Assembly (NCBI GenBank): GCA_963759555.1
Contig: CAVWZV010000005.1
Span: 71,422-135,421 of the forward strand
Direction: 5' to 3'
DNA length: 64,000 nt
Origin: an uncultured Chitinophagaceae bacterium
GTDB lineage: Bacteria > Bacteroidota > Bacteroidia > Chitinophagales > Chitinophagaceae
The notes under the pieces were generated by a model. The model did not search any database and had not been told where the DNA came from. It saw only the letters and a program-made list of their open reading frames with translations. Below, in pieces: positions 9,623 to 21,367 of the stretch. The translations under genes were made by a program, and so were the position numbers. How positions within the stretch are numbered: position 1 is the stretch's first letter; every line of letters begins with the position of its first letter.

Positions 9623-10258
9623 ATGAAGCGTCTAATTTGTTGCGTTTTATTATTTTGTTTTTTTTCATGCCAAAACAAACAAACTAATCAATCAAAATCA
9701 ACCGTTGATTCTGCTGTTGTAACTCCTAAACAGGAAACAAAAATTATTAGCGATTCAGTGGCTTTGCCTTTGTCGAAAGAAATATTATCTGCTGCTAAAA
9801 ATAAAGATTATAAAAAATTCGCCTCGTTTATAGATGCAGAAGAAGGCATTCGTTTCTCTCCTTATGGTTATATCGATACAGCGCACGATAAAAAATTTAC
9901 AGCGCAGGAATTTCTAAGTTATACGGTTGATAAAAAGGAAATAAAATTTACCTGGGGAGCGTTTGATGGCAGCGGGGACAAAATATTACTTACGATTGAT
10001 GCGTATTTTAAAAAATTTGTTTATGATGTTGACTTCTTAAACGCTCCGGAAATAAATTTAAATAAAACTGTAAGCAAAGGCAATTCATTAAATAATATAG
10101 ATTCGGTTTATAAGAATTGTATTTATACCGAATTTTATTTTCCGGGTTTTGATAAAAAGTATGAAGGCATGGATTGGCGAAGCCTGAAACTGGTTTTTAA
10201 AAAAGAGAACAATAGTTTACGGCTTATTGCAGTAGTTCACGACCAATGGACAATCTGA
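9623..10258 (+). CDS. Hypothetical lipoprotein
   Basis: Signal peptide with lipobox FFSC; long open frame within the aro cluster. Confidence 0.75.
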   Translation: MKRLICCVLLFCFFSCQNKQTNQSKSTVDSAVVTPKQETKIISDSVALPLSKEILSAAKNKDYKKFASFIDAEEGIRFSPYGYIDTAHDKKFTAQEFLSYTVDKKEIKFTWGAFDGSGDKILLTIDAYFKKFVYDVDFLNAPEINLNKTVSKGNSLNNIDSVYKNCIYTEFYFPGFDKKYEGMDWRSLKLVFKKENNSLRLIAVVHDQWTI

Positions 10259-10332
10259 AAAGCTCATAGTTAAATTAATCTGCATTAATTCGTTTTCTTT
10301 GCGCCTTTGCAATGTTTGTTTCTTTACGTAAC

Positions 10333-11370
10333 ATGAAAATAAAAACTGTAAAATTTAGTTCCTCATCCACTACATTTTATTTTGCTGCGGGCATTTCTCA
10401 TTTAAAAGACATTGTTGATAAAAATCATGCTGTAATTATTACCGATTCTACCATTTTTCAACTGCATGAAAAAAGATTTAAAGGCTGGAAAACAATCGTA
10501 ATAAAAGCCGGCGAAGAACATAAAACACAGGCAACGGTTGATTCAATTATAAAACAACTCATCGAATTAAATGCAGACCGCAAAACCACTTTAATTGGTG
10601 TTGGCGGCGGTGTTGTTACAGATGTTACGGGTTATGCTGCGTCTGTGTTTATGCGCGGCATTCAGTTTGGTTTTATACCTACAACGATTCTTGGAATGGT
10701 TGATGCATCAATTGGTGGTAAAAACGGAATTGATGTGGGTGTTTATAAAAACATGGTGGGCACAATTAAACAGCCTTCTTTCATTTTGCATGACCTGGTG
10801 TTTCTTAATACACTTCCTGAAACTGAATGGCAAAATGGTTTTGCAGAAATTATTAAACATGCATGCATTAAAGATGCAGCCATGTTTAACCAGCTTGAAG
10901 CAAACAGTTTAAAAAAATATAGACAGAACAAGACATTGTTGTGTGATTTAATTCAACGCAATGCTTTATTAAAAAGCAAGGTTGTTGTTAAAGATGAAAC
11001 CGAAACCGGCGATAGAAAACTGCTGAACTTCGGGCATACATTTGGTCATGCAATTGAGAATACTTATAAACTTCCACATGGCCATGCGGTTTCTGTTGGA
11101 ATGGTAATAGCGTGTATGATTTCAGAATCATACAAAAATTTTAAAAATACCGGCCGCGTTGTTGAATTGATAAAAAAATATGCGTTGCCGGTTTATCAAT
11201 CATACAATGCAGAAAAAGTTATTGCCGTAATGAAGGCAGATAAGAAGAAAGTAAAAGATGTGATTAATTATGTGTTATTGCAAAAAATTGGTAAAGCGGT
11301 TGTAGAACCCATTGCAATGATTGAATTAGAAAATATAATTAAGCAATTAGAAAATAAAAATCCTATATAG
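10333..11370 (+). CDS. aroB: 3-dehydroquinate synthase
   Basis: GEEHKT, GGGVVTD, PTT..MVDASIGGKNG, LNFGHTFGHAIE, HGHAV. Confidence 0.95.
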   Translation: MKIKTVKFSSSSTTFYFAAGISHLKDIVDKNHAVIITDSTIFQLHEKRFKGWKTIVIKAGEEHKTQATVDSIIKQLIELNADRKTTLIGVGGGVVTDVTGYAASVFMRGIQFGFIPTTILGMVDASIGGKNGIDVGVYKNMVGTIKQPSFILHDLVFLNTLPETEWQNGFAEIIKHACIKDAAMFNQLEANSLKKYRQNKTLLCDLIQRNALLKSKVVVKDETETGDRKLLNFGHTFGHAIENTYKLPHGHAVSVGMVIACMISESYKNFKNTGRVVELIKKYALPVYQSYNAEKVIAVMKADKKKVKDVINYVLLQKIGKAVVEPIAMIELENIIKQLENKNPI

Positions 11371-11375
11371 TTGGC

Positions 11376-12656
11376 ATGCAAGTAAAAATTAAGCCATCAG
11401 TTTTATCAGGAAATATTCATGCGGCGGCATCAAAAAGTTCTATGCAAAGGGCGTGCGCGGCAGCATTGGTTAGAAAGGGCGAAAGCATATTACATAACCC
11501 GGGTAAAAGCAATGATGATAAAGCAGGCCTAAATGTTATTAAAGCATTAGGTGCAACAATAAATAATTTGGAAGATGGAAGCCTGCGTATTTTAAGCGAA
11601 GGCGTTAATCCAGTTTCAAGTGCGGTAAATAATGGTGAAGCTGGTTTAGGCATTCGCATGTTTACGCCCATTGTTGCATTAAGCAAAGAGGAAATTACAA
11701 TTAATGGCGAAGGCAGTTTGCTGACAAGACCAATGGATTTTTTTGATGAAGTGTTGCCGCAGTTAGGTGTTGAAATAAAATCGAATGATGGAAAATTACC
11801 GATAACGTTAAAGGGACCGCTGCAACCAAAAAATATTGAGATTGATGGTTCATTGAGTTCGCAATTTCTTACGGGATTGTTGTTGGCTTATGCTGCGCTT
11901 GATGCAAAAAACGTAACGATTAAAGTAAACAATCTAAAAAGCAAACCTTATGTTGATTTAACATTAAACGTAATGGAAACGTTTCAATTAAAAGTGCCTG
12001 AGAACAGGGATTATGAATTATTTTATTTTGATGAAGAGCCGGTTAATTATTCAGATAATTTTATAGATTATACAGTGGAAGGCGATTGGAGCGGTGGGGC
12101 TTTTTTATTGGTGCTGGGCTCAATTGCCGGCAATATAAAAGTTGCCGGTTTGGATGTTACATCAACGCAGGCTGATAAAAAAATATTGAAAGCATTAGAA
12201 AGTTGTGGCGCTGATATTACTATAAATGAAAAAGAAATTATTGTCACATCGAAAAATAAATTATTGGCTTTTGAATTTGATGCAACAGATTGCCCTGATT
12301 TATTTCCGCCGCTGGCTGCGCTTGCTGCATGTTGTAAAGGCATAACCAAAATTACAGGCGTGTATCGCTTAACACACAAAGAAAGTAACCGCGCATTAAC
12401 TATACAGGAAGAATTAGGTAAGATGAATATAAAAGTTGAATTAAAAGATAACGTGATGTTGATTGAAGGCACAGAAAATATAAGGGCCGCAATCGTTCGT
12501 TCGCATCATGATCACCGCATTGCGATGATGTGCGCTGTGATTGCGTTAAAAGCTGATGGCGAAACAACTATTAAGGACGCAGAAGCAGTTAATAAATCTT
12601 ATCCTGACTTTTATAATCATCTTCAGCAATTAGGCGCATCGTTATCTTTACAATAA
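11376..12656 (+). CDS. aroA: EPSP synthase
   Basis: SKS, LTRPM, SSQFLTG, EGDWS, KESNR, DHRIAM, KSYPDF. Confidence 0.95.
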   Translation: MQVKIKPSVLSGNIHAAASKSSMQRACAAALVRKGESILHNPGKSNDDKAGLNVIKALGATINNLEDGSLRILSEGVNPVSSAVNNGEAGLGIRMFTPIVALSKEEITINGEGSLLTRPMDFFDEVLPQLGVEIKSNDGKLPITLKGPLQPKNIEIDGSLSSQFLTGLLLAYAALDAKNVTIKVNNLKSKPYVDLTLNVMETFQLKVPENRDYELFYFDEEPVNYSDNFIDYTVEGDWSGGAFLLVLGSIAGNIKVAGLDVTSTQADKKILKALESCGADITINEKEIIVTSKNKLLAFEFDATDCPDLFPPLAALAACCKGITKITGVYRLTHKESNRALTIQEELGKMNIKVELKDNVMLIEGTENIRAAIVRSHHDHRIAMMCAVIALKADGETTIKDAEAVNKSYPDFYNHLQQLGASLSLQ

Positions 12657-13654
12657 TGAATTCATTCGGTCGCATATTTCGTGTACATATTTTTGGTGAA
12701 TCGCATGGCGAAAGCGTGGGAGTTTGTATTGACGGAATTCCCGCAGGCTTACCGTTAACGATTGAAGATTTTTTAGAAGATATTGAACGCCGAAAAGGCG
12801 GCACACAAAAAGGTACAACACCAAGACAGGAATCTGATTTACCTATTTTCAAAAGCGGAATATTCAACGATAAAACAACCGGTGCACCTCTAACAATTTT
12901 ATTTGAAAATAAAAATACCCGCTCTGCAGATTATGAAAAGTTAAGAGCAGTTCCCCGGCCAGGTCATGCAGATTTTGTTGCGCATAAAAAGTTCGGAGGC
13001 TTCGAAGATTATCGTGGCGGCGGCCATTTCAGCGGGCGGTTAACAGTGTGTCTTGTTGCCATTGGCGTTATTGCAAAAAAATTGTTGAAACACATTTCAG
13101 TTAAATCAACCATACTGGAAATTGGTGGTGAAACAGATCTGGAAAAGGGTTTACAAAAAGCTATCGACGCAAAAGATTCTATTGGTGGTATTGTTGAATG
13201 TTGCGTAAACAATTTGCCACTTGGTTTAGGTGAACCTTTTTTTGACAGCGCTGAAAGTTTATTAGCACATGCTGCAATGGCGATTCCCGCCGTACGCGGT
13301 GTTGAATTTGGAACCGGTTTTGCTGCCGCAAAAATGTTTGGCAGCAAACATAATGATGCCATTGAAGATGCATCAGGTAAAACAAAAACCAATCATGCCG
13401 GCGGCATTGTTGGTGGTATTACAAATGCCAATGAACTGGTGTTTCGCGTCGCAATAAAACCTACTTCATCTACGCCAAAAGAACAGCAAACATTAAATAT
13501 TGAAACAAATTCGGTTGAACCTTTCTCTGTAAAAGGACGACATGATTTGTGTATAGCTTTGCGTGTTCCGGTTGTGCTGGAAGCCATAACCGCAATGGTT
13601 TTGGTTGATTTAATGATGCTGGAAAATAAAATTTCAAGAGTAATAAACGAGTGA
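12656..13654 (+). CDS. aroC: Chorismate synthase
   Basis: FGESHG, PRPGHAD, GGGHFSGR, DSIGG, KPTSS, GRHD. Confidence 0.95.
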   Translation: MNSFGRIFRVHIFGESHGESVGVCIDGIPAGLPLTIEDFLEDIERRKGGTQKGTTPRQESDLPIFKSGIFNDKTTGAPLTILFENKNTRSADYEKLRAVPRPGHADFVAHKKFGGFEDYRGGGHFSGRLTVCLVAIGVIAKKLLKHISVKSTILEIGGETDLEKGLQKAIDAKDSIGGIVECCVNNLPLGLGEPFFDSAESLLAHAAMAIPAVRGVEFGTGFAAAKMFGSKHNDAIEDASGKTKTNHAGGIVGGITNANELVFRVAIKPTSSTPKEQQTLNIETNSVEPFSVKGRHDLCIALRVPVVLEAITAMVLVDLMMLENKISRVINE

Positions 13655-13824
13655 ATTCGCTTCACATAGGCTAATCATTTTTATAACTTTTATAACCCTT
13701 CATCGCTTGCAAAAACATTAGTAATTACCATACAGGTTTTCAAAACTGGTAAAATTTTAATGCTTCTGATTATCAGCGAAAACTGTGCTGACTGACGTTT
13801 TCATTTATCTTTAAAATTAAGTCA

Positions 13825-13840
13825 TGGCAAAGAATTTGAA
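13825..13840 (+). promoter_or_regulatory. Possible sigma54 -24/-12 promoter upstream of the PAP2 gene
   Basis: TGGCAAAGAATTTGAA: GG and GA at canonical 12-nt spacing (A replaces the usual C at -12). Confidence 0.35.
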
Positions 13841-13905
13841 TGTTAAGTAAACAACACGGCAATAGTTACCTAACTTATTTTTACAACACAAGATTGTTTT
13901 ATTGA

Positions 13906-14598
13906 ATGCTGAGTAAAAAAGAAAAGATACTTGAACTGATTTCAATTAAAGTACTAATTGTAGCTGTGCTTTTTCTGATTTCTGTTTTTGCGTTTGCTTT
14001 TTTGGCGAAGGGTGTAGTAGAAGGCAGAGAGCGAAAGGTTGATAACGGAATTTTTACTTTTTTTAACCAATTTTCAACGCCGGGTGTAATAGATGCCATG
14101 AGAATAATCAGCTTCTTTGGCTCTATACAATTTCTTATTCCTGCCTATATAATAATGATCCTGTATTTTGTTATAAGAAAAAAATATCGTCACGCTGTTG
14201 ATATTACCATCATCGGTATTACAAGCTCAGCTTTAATGTTCGGGTTAAAAGAAATATTTCATCGTCAAAGGCCAGACCTGCCAATCATAAAAGGAATTTA
14301 TACGTATAGTTTTCCCAGCGGCCATGCACTTTCTTCGTTTATACTTTGCAGCATATTAATATTCATAGTTCAAAACGGAGTTTTGAAGAAAGCATATAAA
14401 TGGATGATATCAATTTTACTTTTACTCTTTTCAATTACAATCGGTATTAGCAGGATTATTTTACGGGCACATTATCCAACAGACGTAATTGCATCTTTCT
14501 GCCTTGGCGTTGTTTGGGTAATTGTATCATTGTGGTTATTGAAGAAAATTAATCGCCAGTACATGATAAAAGAAAATCTTACGCCTCTTAAAACCTAA
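13906..14598 (+). CDS. PAP2-family membrane phosphatase
   Basis: KEIFHRQRP, SFPSGH, SRIILRAHYPTDV motifs. Confidence 0.9.
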   Translation: MLSKKEKILELISIKVLIVAVLFLISVFAFAFLAKGVVEGRERKVDNGIFTFFNQFSTPGVIDAMRIISFFGSIQFLIPAYIIMILYFVIRKKYRHAVDITIIGITSSALMFGLKEIFHRQRPDLPIIKGIYTYSFPSGHALSSFILCSILIFIVQNGVLKKAYKWMISILLLLFSITIGISRIILRAHYPTDVIASFCLGVVWVIVSLWLLKKINRQYMIKENLTPLKT

Positions 14599-14614
14599 TT
14601 TAGTTTCCAAGCGC

Positions 14615-15670
14615 ATGAATGCCGCAAGCGATTTATACAAAACACTTCATATAAAAAGTATAAGAGAAGAAGTAAAAGATTTTAAAACTTTTTCTTTTGC
14701 CGAAAACATAAATTATAAAGCCGGCCAGTATCTCACATTGGTTTATCATTCGCATAATGACGAAGTAAGAAGATCTTATTCCATTACTTCATCGCCGGTT
14801 TTAAACGAGCCGCTTTCCATAGGTGTAAAGCGCATAGAGAATGGTTTATTTTCAAGAAAACTAATTGATAATGCAAAACCCAACGATGAGTTAATTAGCA
14901 TAGGCGCCGGCGGGCTTTTTGTTTTGCCTGGAGATATAGAAAACCACAAACAGGTTTTCTTTTTTGCGGCTGGCAGTGGCATTACACCTGTTTTCTCCCT
15001 GATAAAAACGTTATTGTATGCACATAAACAAATAAATGTTGTATTGATCTACAGCAATGCTTCACCAGAAAAAACAGTTTTTTTAAACGAATTGACATCG
15101 CTTCAAACAACCTTTGCGAAGCAATTTTATGTGCAGTTTCTTTTTAGCAATATTATTGATTTATCAAAAGCGCGTTTGCATCGGGATTTAATTTTTGGTT
15201 TTTTAAATGAATTTTTAGTTGCTGATTTTTCGCAAATACTTTTTTATATCTGCGGGCCGCAGTCGTACATGCGTTTATGCACATTTACATTACGGGAAAA
15301 TGATGTGCCGGCAATGAATATTAAAAAGGAAGACTTTGTTATTAATTCTATTCAGAAACGCGATGCATCTCCTCCTGATAAAATATCGCGTAATGCATCA
15401 ATAAATTTAAACGGGAATAAATTTGAGTTTGTCGTGGAGTATCCGGATTCAATTTTGCGCGCTGCGAAAAAAAATAATGTCAGCTTACCTTATAGTTGCG
15501 AAGCGGGCCGTTGTGCAAGTTGCATTGCAAAGTGTATAAAAGGAAGAGTGTGGCATTCATATAACGAAGTGCTTACAGAAAAAGAGTTACAAAAAGGGTT
15601 GGTTTTAACCTGTGTTGGCCATCCGGTGAACGGAGATGTGGAGTTGGATATTATTACAAATGAAACGTGA
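14615..15670 (+). CDS. Ferredoxin-NAD(P) reductase with C-terminal 2Fe-2S domain (PaaE-like)
   Basis: RSYSITS, AAGSGITP, YICGP, YSCEAGRCASC...LTC. Confidence 0.88.
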   Translation: MNAASDLYKTLHIKSIREEVKDFKTFSFAENINYKAGQYLTLVYHSHNDEVRRSYSITSSPVLNEPLSIGVKRIENGLFSRKLIDNAKPNDELISIGAGGLFVLPGDIENHKQVFFFAAGSGITPVFSLIKTLLYAHKQINVVLIYSNASPEKTVFLNELTSLQTTFAKQFYVQFLFSNIIDLSKARLHRDLIFGFLNEFLVADFSQILFYICGPQSYMRLCTFTLRENDVPAMNIKKEDFVINSIQKRDASPPDKISRNASINLNGNKFEFVVEYPDSILRAAKKNNVSLPYSCEAGRCASCIAKCIKGRVWHSYNEVLTEKELQKGLVLTCVGHPVNGDVELDIITNET

Positions 15671-15699
15671 AAGCTCAGAATTGAAAAGTTTTTAACTAT

Positions 15700-16356
15700 T
15701 TATAACGATGCGATTATTTTCAAAGCATCTTTTGTAAGTGCACTTAATTTTTTAAACTCCCTGTTTTCTAAAACTGATTTGCTTACGAGCTTGCTTCCCA
15801 TACCAACAGCACAAACACCTGCATTAAACCATGCACTTAAGTTTTCTCTGCTCATTTCAACGCCGCCGGTTGGCATAAACATGAGATTAGGAAATAATTC
15901 TTTTATAGAACTTACATATGACGGGCCTAAAATATTTCCCGGAAAAATTTTTACAATTGTTGCACCATTTGATTCTGCAGTAAAAATTTCTGTGGGTGTC
16001 ATGCAACCCGGAATCCACAACAATTCAGCTTTGTGAATCACGTTTGCCACCTCTGCATTTATTATGGGGCAAACAATAAAATCTGCGCCTGCAGTAATAA
16101 ACAATTGCGCATCAACCGCAGTTTTCACAGTGCCTGCTCCTAATTGCAATCCAGGCATTTCATTATTTACAACCTTTCGCAATGCCATAAAATTATCCAA
16201 CGCATGCGCACCGCGATTTGTATATTCAACTAATTTTACCCCGGCTTCATACAAAACCTGTAAAACTGCAATACTTACATCTGCGCTGTCATCATAATAC
16301 AAAGGCATAATTTTTTCTTTGCAGATAAGTTGTTGTATAAAATTTTTTTTATGCAT
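15700..16356 (-). CDS. eda: KDPG/KHG aldolase
   Basis: VEYTNR, GAGTV, PGCMTPTE, KIFP, MPTGGV. Confidence 0.9.
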   Translation of the reverse strand: MHKKNFIQQLICKEKIMPLYYDDSADVSIAVLQVLYEAGVKLVEYTNRGAHALDNFMALRKVVNNEMPGLQLGAGTVKTAVDAQLFITAGADFIVCPIINAEVANVIHKAELLWIPGCMTPTEIFTAESNGATIVKIFPGNILGPSYVSSIKELFPNLMFMPTGGVEMSRENLSAWFNAGVCAVGMGSKLVSKSVLENREFKKLSALTKDALKIIASL

Positions 16357-17357
16357 GATGCTGTATGAATGATTTTACTTCCTCAACGCTTTTGTTTGTG
16401 CAATCACCTTTAATAAATAATTTTTGAAAAGCAGCAGCCGTTGCAAAATTTATCACTTGCTGAAAGGGCAGATGATTATAAATGCCGTAAATCAGCCCCG
16501 CCATAAAACAGTCTCCACTGCCCACTTTATCAATTACGGCATCTGTTTGATAAGTTGAAGAAATATAAAAATTATTATTGCTGAAAACGGTTGCATAATA
16601 TTCTATACCTGCTTTATCAAACCGAAAAGTATTGGCAACAACTTTACACTTTTTAAATAACCGCATTATTTCTTCTGATGTTTTTTTTGCCTGTTCAACA
16701 TAATTTTCTTTTGTATTTACTGCATGAATATTTTCAGGCACTTTAATGTTAAGCATTGTTTCTGCCGACCAGATATTGCCCATTACCACATCGCAATATT
16801 GCACCAGTTCAGGCATAACTTCATTTGCCTGCTTGCCATATTGCCACAGTTTGGGGCGATGATTTAAGATCAACAGAAACAAAAATGTTTTTCTTCATAC
16901 AAACTTGTAAAGCTTCTTTACAAATGGCAGCAGCATCGTTACTTAAAGCTGGCGTTATAGCGCTAAAATGAAACCATCGTATTCCGTCTAAAACTTTATC
17001 CCAGTTTATCGTACCGGGTTTTAATTCAGCAAACGAAGAACCGCTTCTGTCATAAATTACTTCTGCATGCTGTATTTCTGTTCCCTGCAGCAAATAATAC
17101 AAACCAATTTTATGTCCGCTGTAAATAATGGTTGATACACCAATATTTTGTTTTTCAAGGTTTTTTATAACCTGTGTTGATAAAAAGTTTTTTGGAGCTG
17201 CTGTACAATAACTCACCGGTACGCGCCATTTCGCTAATGCAGCCGCCACGTTCATTTCAGCCCCGCCCGGATAAATATTTATAGCACTTTTTTCAAGCCA
17301 TTCGCTATGTTCATCAGGTGCGAGCCGTAATAATATTTCGCCAAAACATAAAACCAT
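16349..17357 (-). CDS. kdgK: 2-keto-3-deoxygluconate kinase (PfkB family); frameshift near 16864
   Basis: CFGEILLRL, GGAEMNVA, YDRSGS, DLNHRPKLW (restored by removing one A), DKVGSGDCF. Confidence 0.85.
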
Positions 17358-17406
17358 TCTCAAAATTTTTGCAATTTTAATTTTCAATTTAAATCAAACA
17401 ATAATT

Positions 17407-18222
17407 ATGCAGCAACTTTTTAGTTTATCTAACAAAGTTATAATTGTAACAGGCGCAACAGGTGTTTTAGGTGAAGCATTTGTACACGCCATTGCAGATA
17501 TGGACGGCAAGGTTGTTTTAATCGGAAGAAACGAGGCAGTTGGAAATGAAAGAGTAAAGCAATTGACGCAAAAAAATAAAGAAGCGATTTTTATTAAAGC
17601 TGATGTTTTAAACAAAAATGATTTATTACAGGCGAACGAGATTATCCTGAAAAAATTTAATCATGTGGATGGTTTGGTAAATGCTGCCGGCGGCGTAGTG
17701 CAGGAAAGTGTAATAATGCCCGGCGAAGATATATTTGACATTAATATGGATGGAATGAAGAAGGCATTCGACTTAAATTTATTTGGGAGCATGATGCCTG
17801 TTTCTGTTTTTGGAAAGGCTTTGCAGCAATCAGGTAATGCAAGCATTATAAACATTTCTTCGATGACGGCGCAAACTACGCTTACCAGGGTTTTGGGATA
17901 TTCTATGGCAAAGGCAGCGATTGATAATTATACGAGATGGATGAGTGTTGAAGCGGCAAACCGGTTTGGCGACACCCTGCGCGTAAATGCAATTGCGCCG
18001 GGTTTTTTTATTACACATCAGAACAGGCGTTTGCTTACGAATGAAGATGGAAGTTATACGGAGCGGGGAGCAAATGTAATCCGAAACACGCCATATAAAA
18101 GATTTGGTAAGCCTGAGGAATTATGTGGCACATTAATCTGGTTGTTAAGCGATGCATCAAAATTTGTAACCGGCGAAGTAATTTGTGTTGATGGCGGTTT
18201 TCATATTAATTCAGGTGTTTGA
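17407..18222 (+). CDS. uxuB: SDR-type D-mannonate oxidoreductase
   Basis: TGATGVLG, LVNAAGG, YSMAK, NAIAPGFF..QNR; adjacent to uxuA and uxaC. Confidence 0.8.
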   Translation: MQQLFSLSNKVIIVTGATGVLGEAFVHAIADMDGKVVLIGRNEAVGNERVKQLTQKNKEAIFIKADVLNKNDLLQANEIILKKFNHVDGLVNAAGGVVQESVIMPGEDIFDINMDGMKKAFDLNLFGSMMPVSVFGKALQQSGNASIINISSMTAQTTLTRVLGYSMAKAAIDNYTRWMSVEAANRFGDTLRVNAIAPGFFITHQNRRLLTNEDGSYTERGANVIRNTPYKRFGKPEELCGTLIWLLSDASKFVTGEVICVDGGFHINSGV

Positions 18223-18268
18223 TTAATTTTTCGTGCAATGCGTATTTTCAATTTATCAAATTAATTTT

Positions 18269-19440
18269 ATGCAACTTAAACAAACCTGGCGGTGGTTCGG
18301 GCCGGATGACCCGGTTACATTAAAAGATATTTTGCAAACAGGTGCAACGGGGATTGTTACTGCATTGCATCACATTCCGCATGGCGATGTATGGCCGGTT
18401 GAAGAAATTGAAAAAAGAAAAAATATTATTGAGGCGCAACGGTTTAACGTGGGATGTTGTGGAAAGTGTTACAGTACATGAATCTATTAAAACGCAAACT
18501 GGTAATTATAAAAAATATATCGATCAATATAAACAAACATTACGCAACCTGGCGGCGTGCAACATAAAAATTGTTACGTATAATTTTATGCCCGTTGCAG
18601 ATTGGACGCGCACCAATCTTGATTATATAATGCCTGATGGTTCGCGGGCTTTGTATTTTAATTGGTCTGATTTGGCAGTGTTTGATATCTATATTTTGAA
18701 AAGAAAAAATGCAGCAGAAAGTTATAACGATATAATATTAAACGAAGCAGGAAAAAAATTTAAACTTTATTCATCTAAGCAATTGGATGCACTTTCAGCA
18801 ACCATAAGATTTGGAATTCCCGGAGAAAAAAAATTAAGCGTGGAAGAAATGCTTGCAAGTATTGATACTTATAAGCAGATTAATCATTCAACATTACAAG
18901 CGCATTTAAAATATTTTCTTGAGCAAATAACTCCGGTTTGTGAAGAGAATAATATTAAGCTTGCATTACATCCTGATGATCCGCCGTTTGATATTTTTGG
19001 CTTGCCCCGCATTGTTTCTGCTGCTGCTGATGTTGAGTATATTTTATCTTCCGTTGACAATAATGCAAACGGTTTTTGTTTTTGCACCGGCTCATTTGGC
19101 GCATCTGAAAAAAATAATTTGATTGAAATGATAAAACGCATTGATACACGTATTCATTTCGTTCACCTGCGCAATACCCGCCGGGATGAGGTCGGAAATT
19201 TTTACGAAGCAGATCATCTAAATGGCGACACAGATATGTATGGTGTAGTGAAAGAAATTTTATCGATTCAGCAAAAATCAGATGAGCCAATTCCTTTTCG
19301 GCCTGATCACGGTCATGTAATGCTGGATGATGTAAATAAAAAAACAAATCCCGGGTTATTCCTGCATTGGCAGAATGCGCGGCCTGGCAGAATTGCGTGG
19401 TTTAATGATGGGCGTTAGCCGTGCGAATAATTGGGAATAA
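18269..19440 (+). CDS. uxuA: Mannonate dehydratase; frameshifts near 18434 and 19354
   Basis: [55 protein letters not shown] after frame repair. Confidence 0.88.
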
Positions 19441-19475
19441 TTATTTTAGTTTTACTTCGCATCGAAATTTTTAAC

Positions 19476-20882
19476 GTGCAATCTTTTATTACAGAAAATT
19501 TTTTATTACAAACTGATACTGCAAGAAAATTATATTTTGATTTTGTGCAGCAATTACCCATCATAGATTATCATAATCATTTATCGCCCGGGGAAATTGC
19601 AACCAATAAAAGATTTTCAACTATAACAGAAGCGTGGTTAAAAGGCGATCATTATAAATGGCGTGCGATGCGTGCAAACGGCATAGAAGAAAAGTTTATT
19701 ACAGGCAATGCAGATGACTATTCAAAATTTAAAGCGTGGGCAGCAACCGTTCCATTTACTATGCGCAATCCGCTTTATCACTGGACGCATCTTGAATTAA
19801 GACATCCTTTCAATGTACATGAATTATTGAATGAAGAAAGCGCTGAAAGTATCTATCACAGTTGCAATGAATTACTGCAAACAAAATACAGCGTACAGGA
19901 AATTTTGAATTATCACAAAGTTGAATTGCTTTGTACAACAGATAATCCCAACGATGATTTACACATACCATGAACAAATTATTACATACAAATATTCACA
20001 TTTAGAGTTTTTCCTGCATTCCGGCCTGATGCTTTAATAAATTTTTCTGACAAAGAGGAATGGTTAAATCAATTACAACTTCTTTCCACAACACAAATTC
20101 ATCTATTACTAATCTTGATGCGTTTTTATCTGCGCTTGGTAACCGCATAGAATATTTTCATAGTAAAGGTTGCTGGTTATCTGATCATGGTTTGGAATAC
20201 ATTCCTTTTTTAGATAACAGAGCAGAAAAGATTGAACACATTTTTCAGAAGTTAGTTAACAAAAAAAAATTGCCTGATAATGATAAATTACAATCATTAA
20301 AAGCCTTCATATTATTTGAGCTTTGCAAAATGTATTATGCAAAAGGATGGACGCAACAATTTCATCTTGGTGCAATGCGTAATAACAATTCGCGCCTGTT
20401 AAAATTGGTTGGCAAAGATGCCGGCAAGATTCGATTGGCGATTATGCGCAGGCACTTACATTATATGCTTTTTTAAATGCGCTGGATGAAGAAAATAAGC
20501 TTAGCAAAAACCATTTTATACAATTCAAATCCTTCTGATAACGAATTGTTTGCAACGCTTGCCGGCAATTTTAATGATGGTTCTGTTGCCGGTAAAATTC
20601 AATGGGGTTCTGCATGGTGGTTTCTTGATCAAAAAGATGGAATGGAGAAGCAATTAAACGCTTTATCCAATATGAATTTGCTCAGTCGTTTCGTGGGAAT
20701 GGTTACAGATTCGCGCAGCTTTTTATCGTTTGTTCGTCACGATTATTTCAGGAGGATTTTATGCAGTCTTGTTGGCAATGATGTTGAAAGGGGAGAGCTG
20801 CCCGGCGATATAAACTGGCTTGGAAAAATGTTTAGCTGATGTAGCTTATCATAACGCAAAAAAATATTTTAACTGGGCTTAA
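19476..20882 (+). CDS. uxaC: Glucuronate isomerase; about 5 frameshifts
   Basis: [65 protein letters not shown] spread over several frames. Confidence 0.85.
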
Positions 20883-20900
20883 TTACTGGTCCATTTAAAC

Positions 20901-20926
20901 AAAAAAAGGCTTTCAAAGAAAGCCTT
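20901..20926 (-). terminator. Intrinsic terminator downstream of the Hsp20 gene
   Basis: AAGGCTTTC-AAA-GAAAGCCTT hairpin with an A-tract on + (U-tract on -). Confidence 0.7.
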
Positions 20927-20946
20927 GATAAAAACAGGATTTAAAT

Positions 20947-21342
20947 TTAGTTTACTAGTATTTCCTGCTGGGGCGTTTCTTTACCCGGAATAATTGGCAG
21001 ACTTAATTGCAAAACGCCATCATTATAATTTGCTTTGATGTTTGTTGCATCAATGCTTTCATCAATCGTAAACTTTCTTTCAAAACCGCCGCGGCTGTAT
21101 TCTCTTTTTATCCATTGCGGCCTGGGCAAGCCTTCCGGCGGTGTATAAGAAACTGTAAGCTCGTTGCCTTGCGTTTTAGCGATAAAATTTTCTTTTATAC
21201 GCCCGGGTGCAAACACTAAAATTTCGTAAGTATTTTCTGTTTTATACACGTTTACAGGTGCACGAAAATGTGATTGCATAAAAGGATGATTGTGCCTTGC
21301 ATAAGCGGCGCCATGCTGCGCCCATGATTGTTTGTTGTACAT
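20947..21342 (-). CDS. Hsp20/alpha-crystallin family protein
   Basis: PVNVYKT, APG, REYSRGGFERKF, ANYNDGVLQLSLP. Confidence 0.88.
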   Translation of the reverse strand: MYNKQSWAQHGAAYARHNHPFMQSHFRAPVNVYKTENTYEILVFAPGRIKENFIAKTQGNELTVSYTPPEGLPRPQWIKREYSRGGFERKFTIDESIDATNIKANYNDGVLQLSLPIIPGKETPQQEILVN

Positions 21343-21367
21343 AATTTTTCTTCTTTTTATTTATAAA

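Noticed and set aside
16821-20882. Programmed frameshifting in kdgK, uxuA and uxaC
   Set aside because: Several breaks per gene with no consistent slippery site or stimulatory structure; error is more parsimonious
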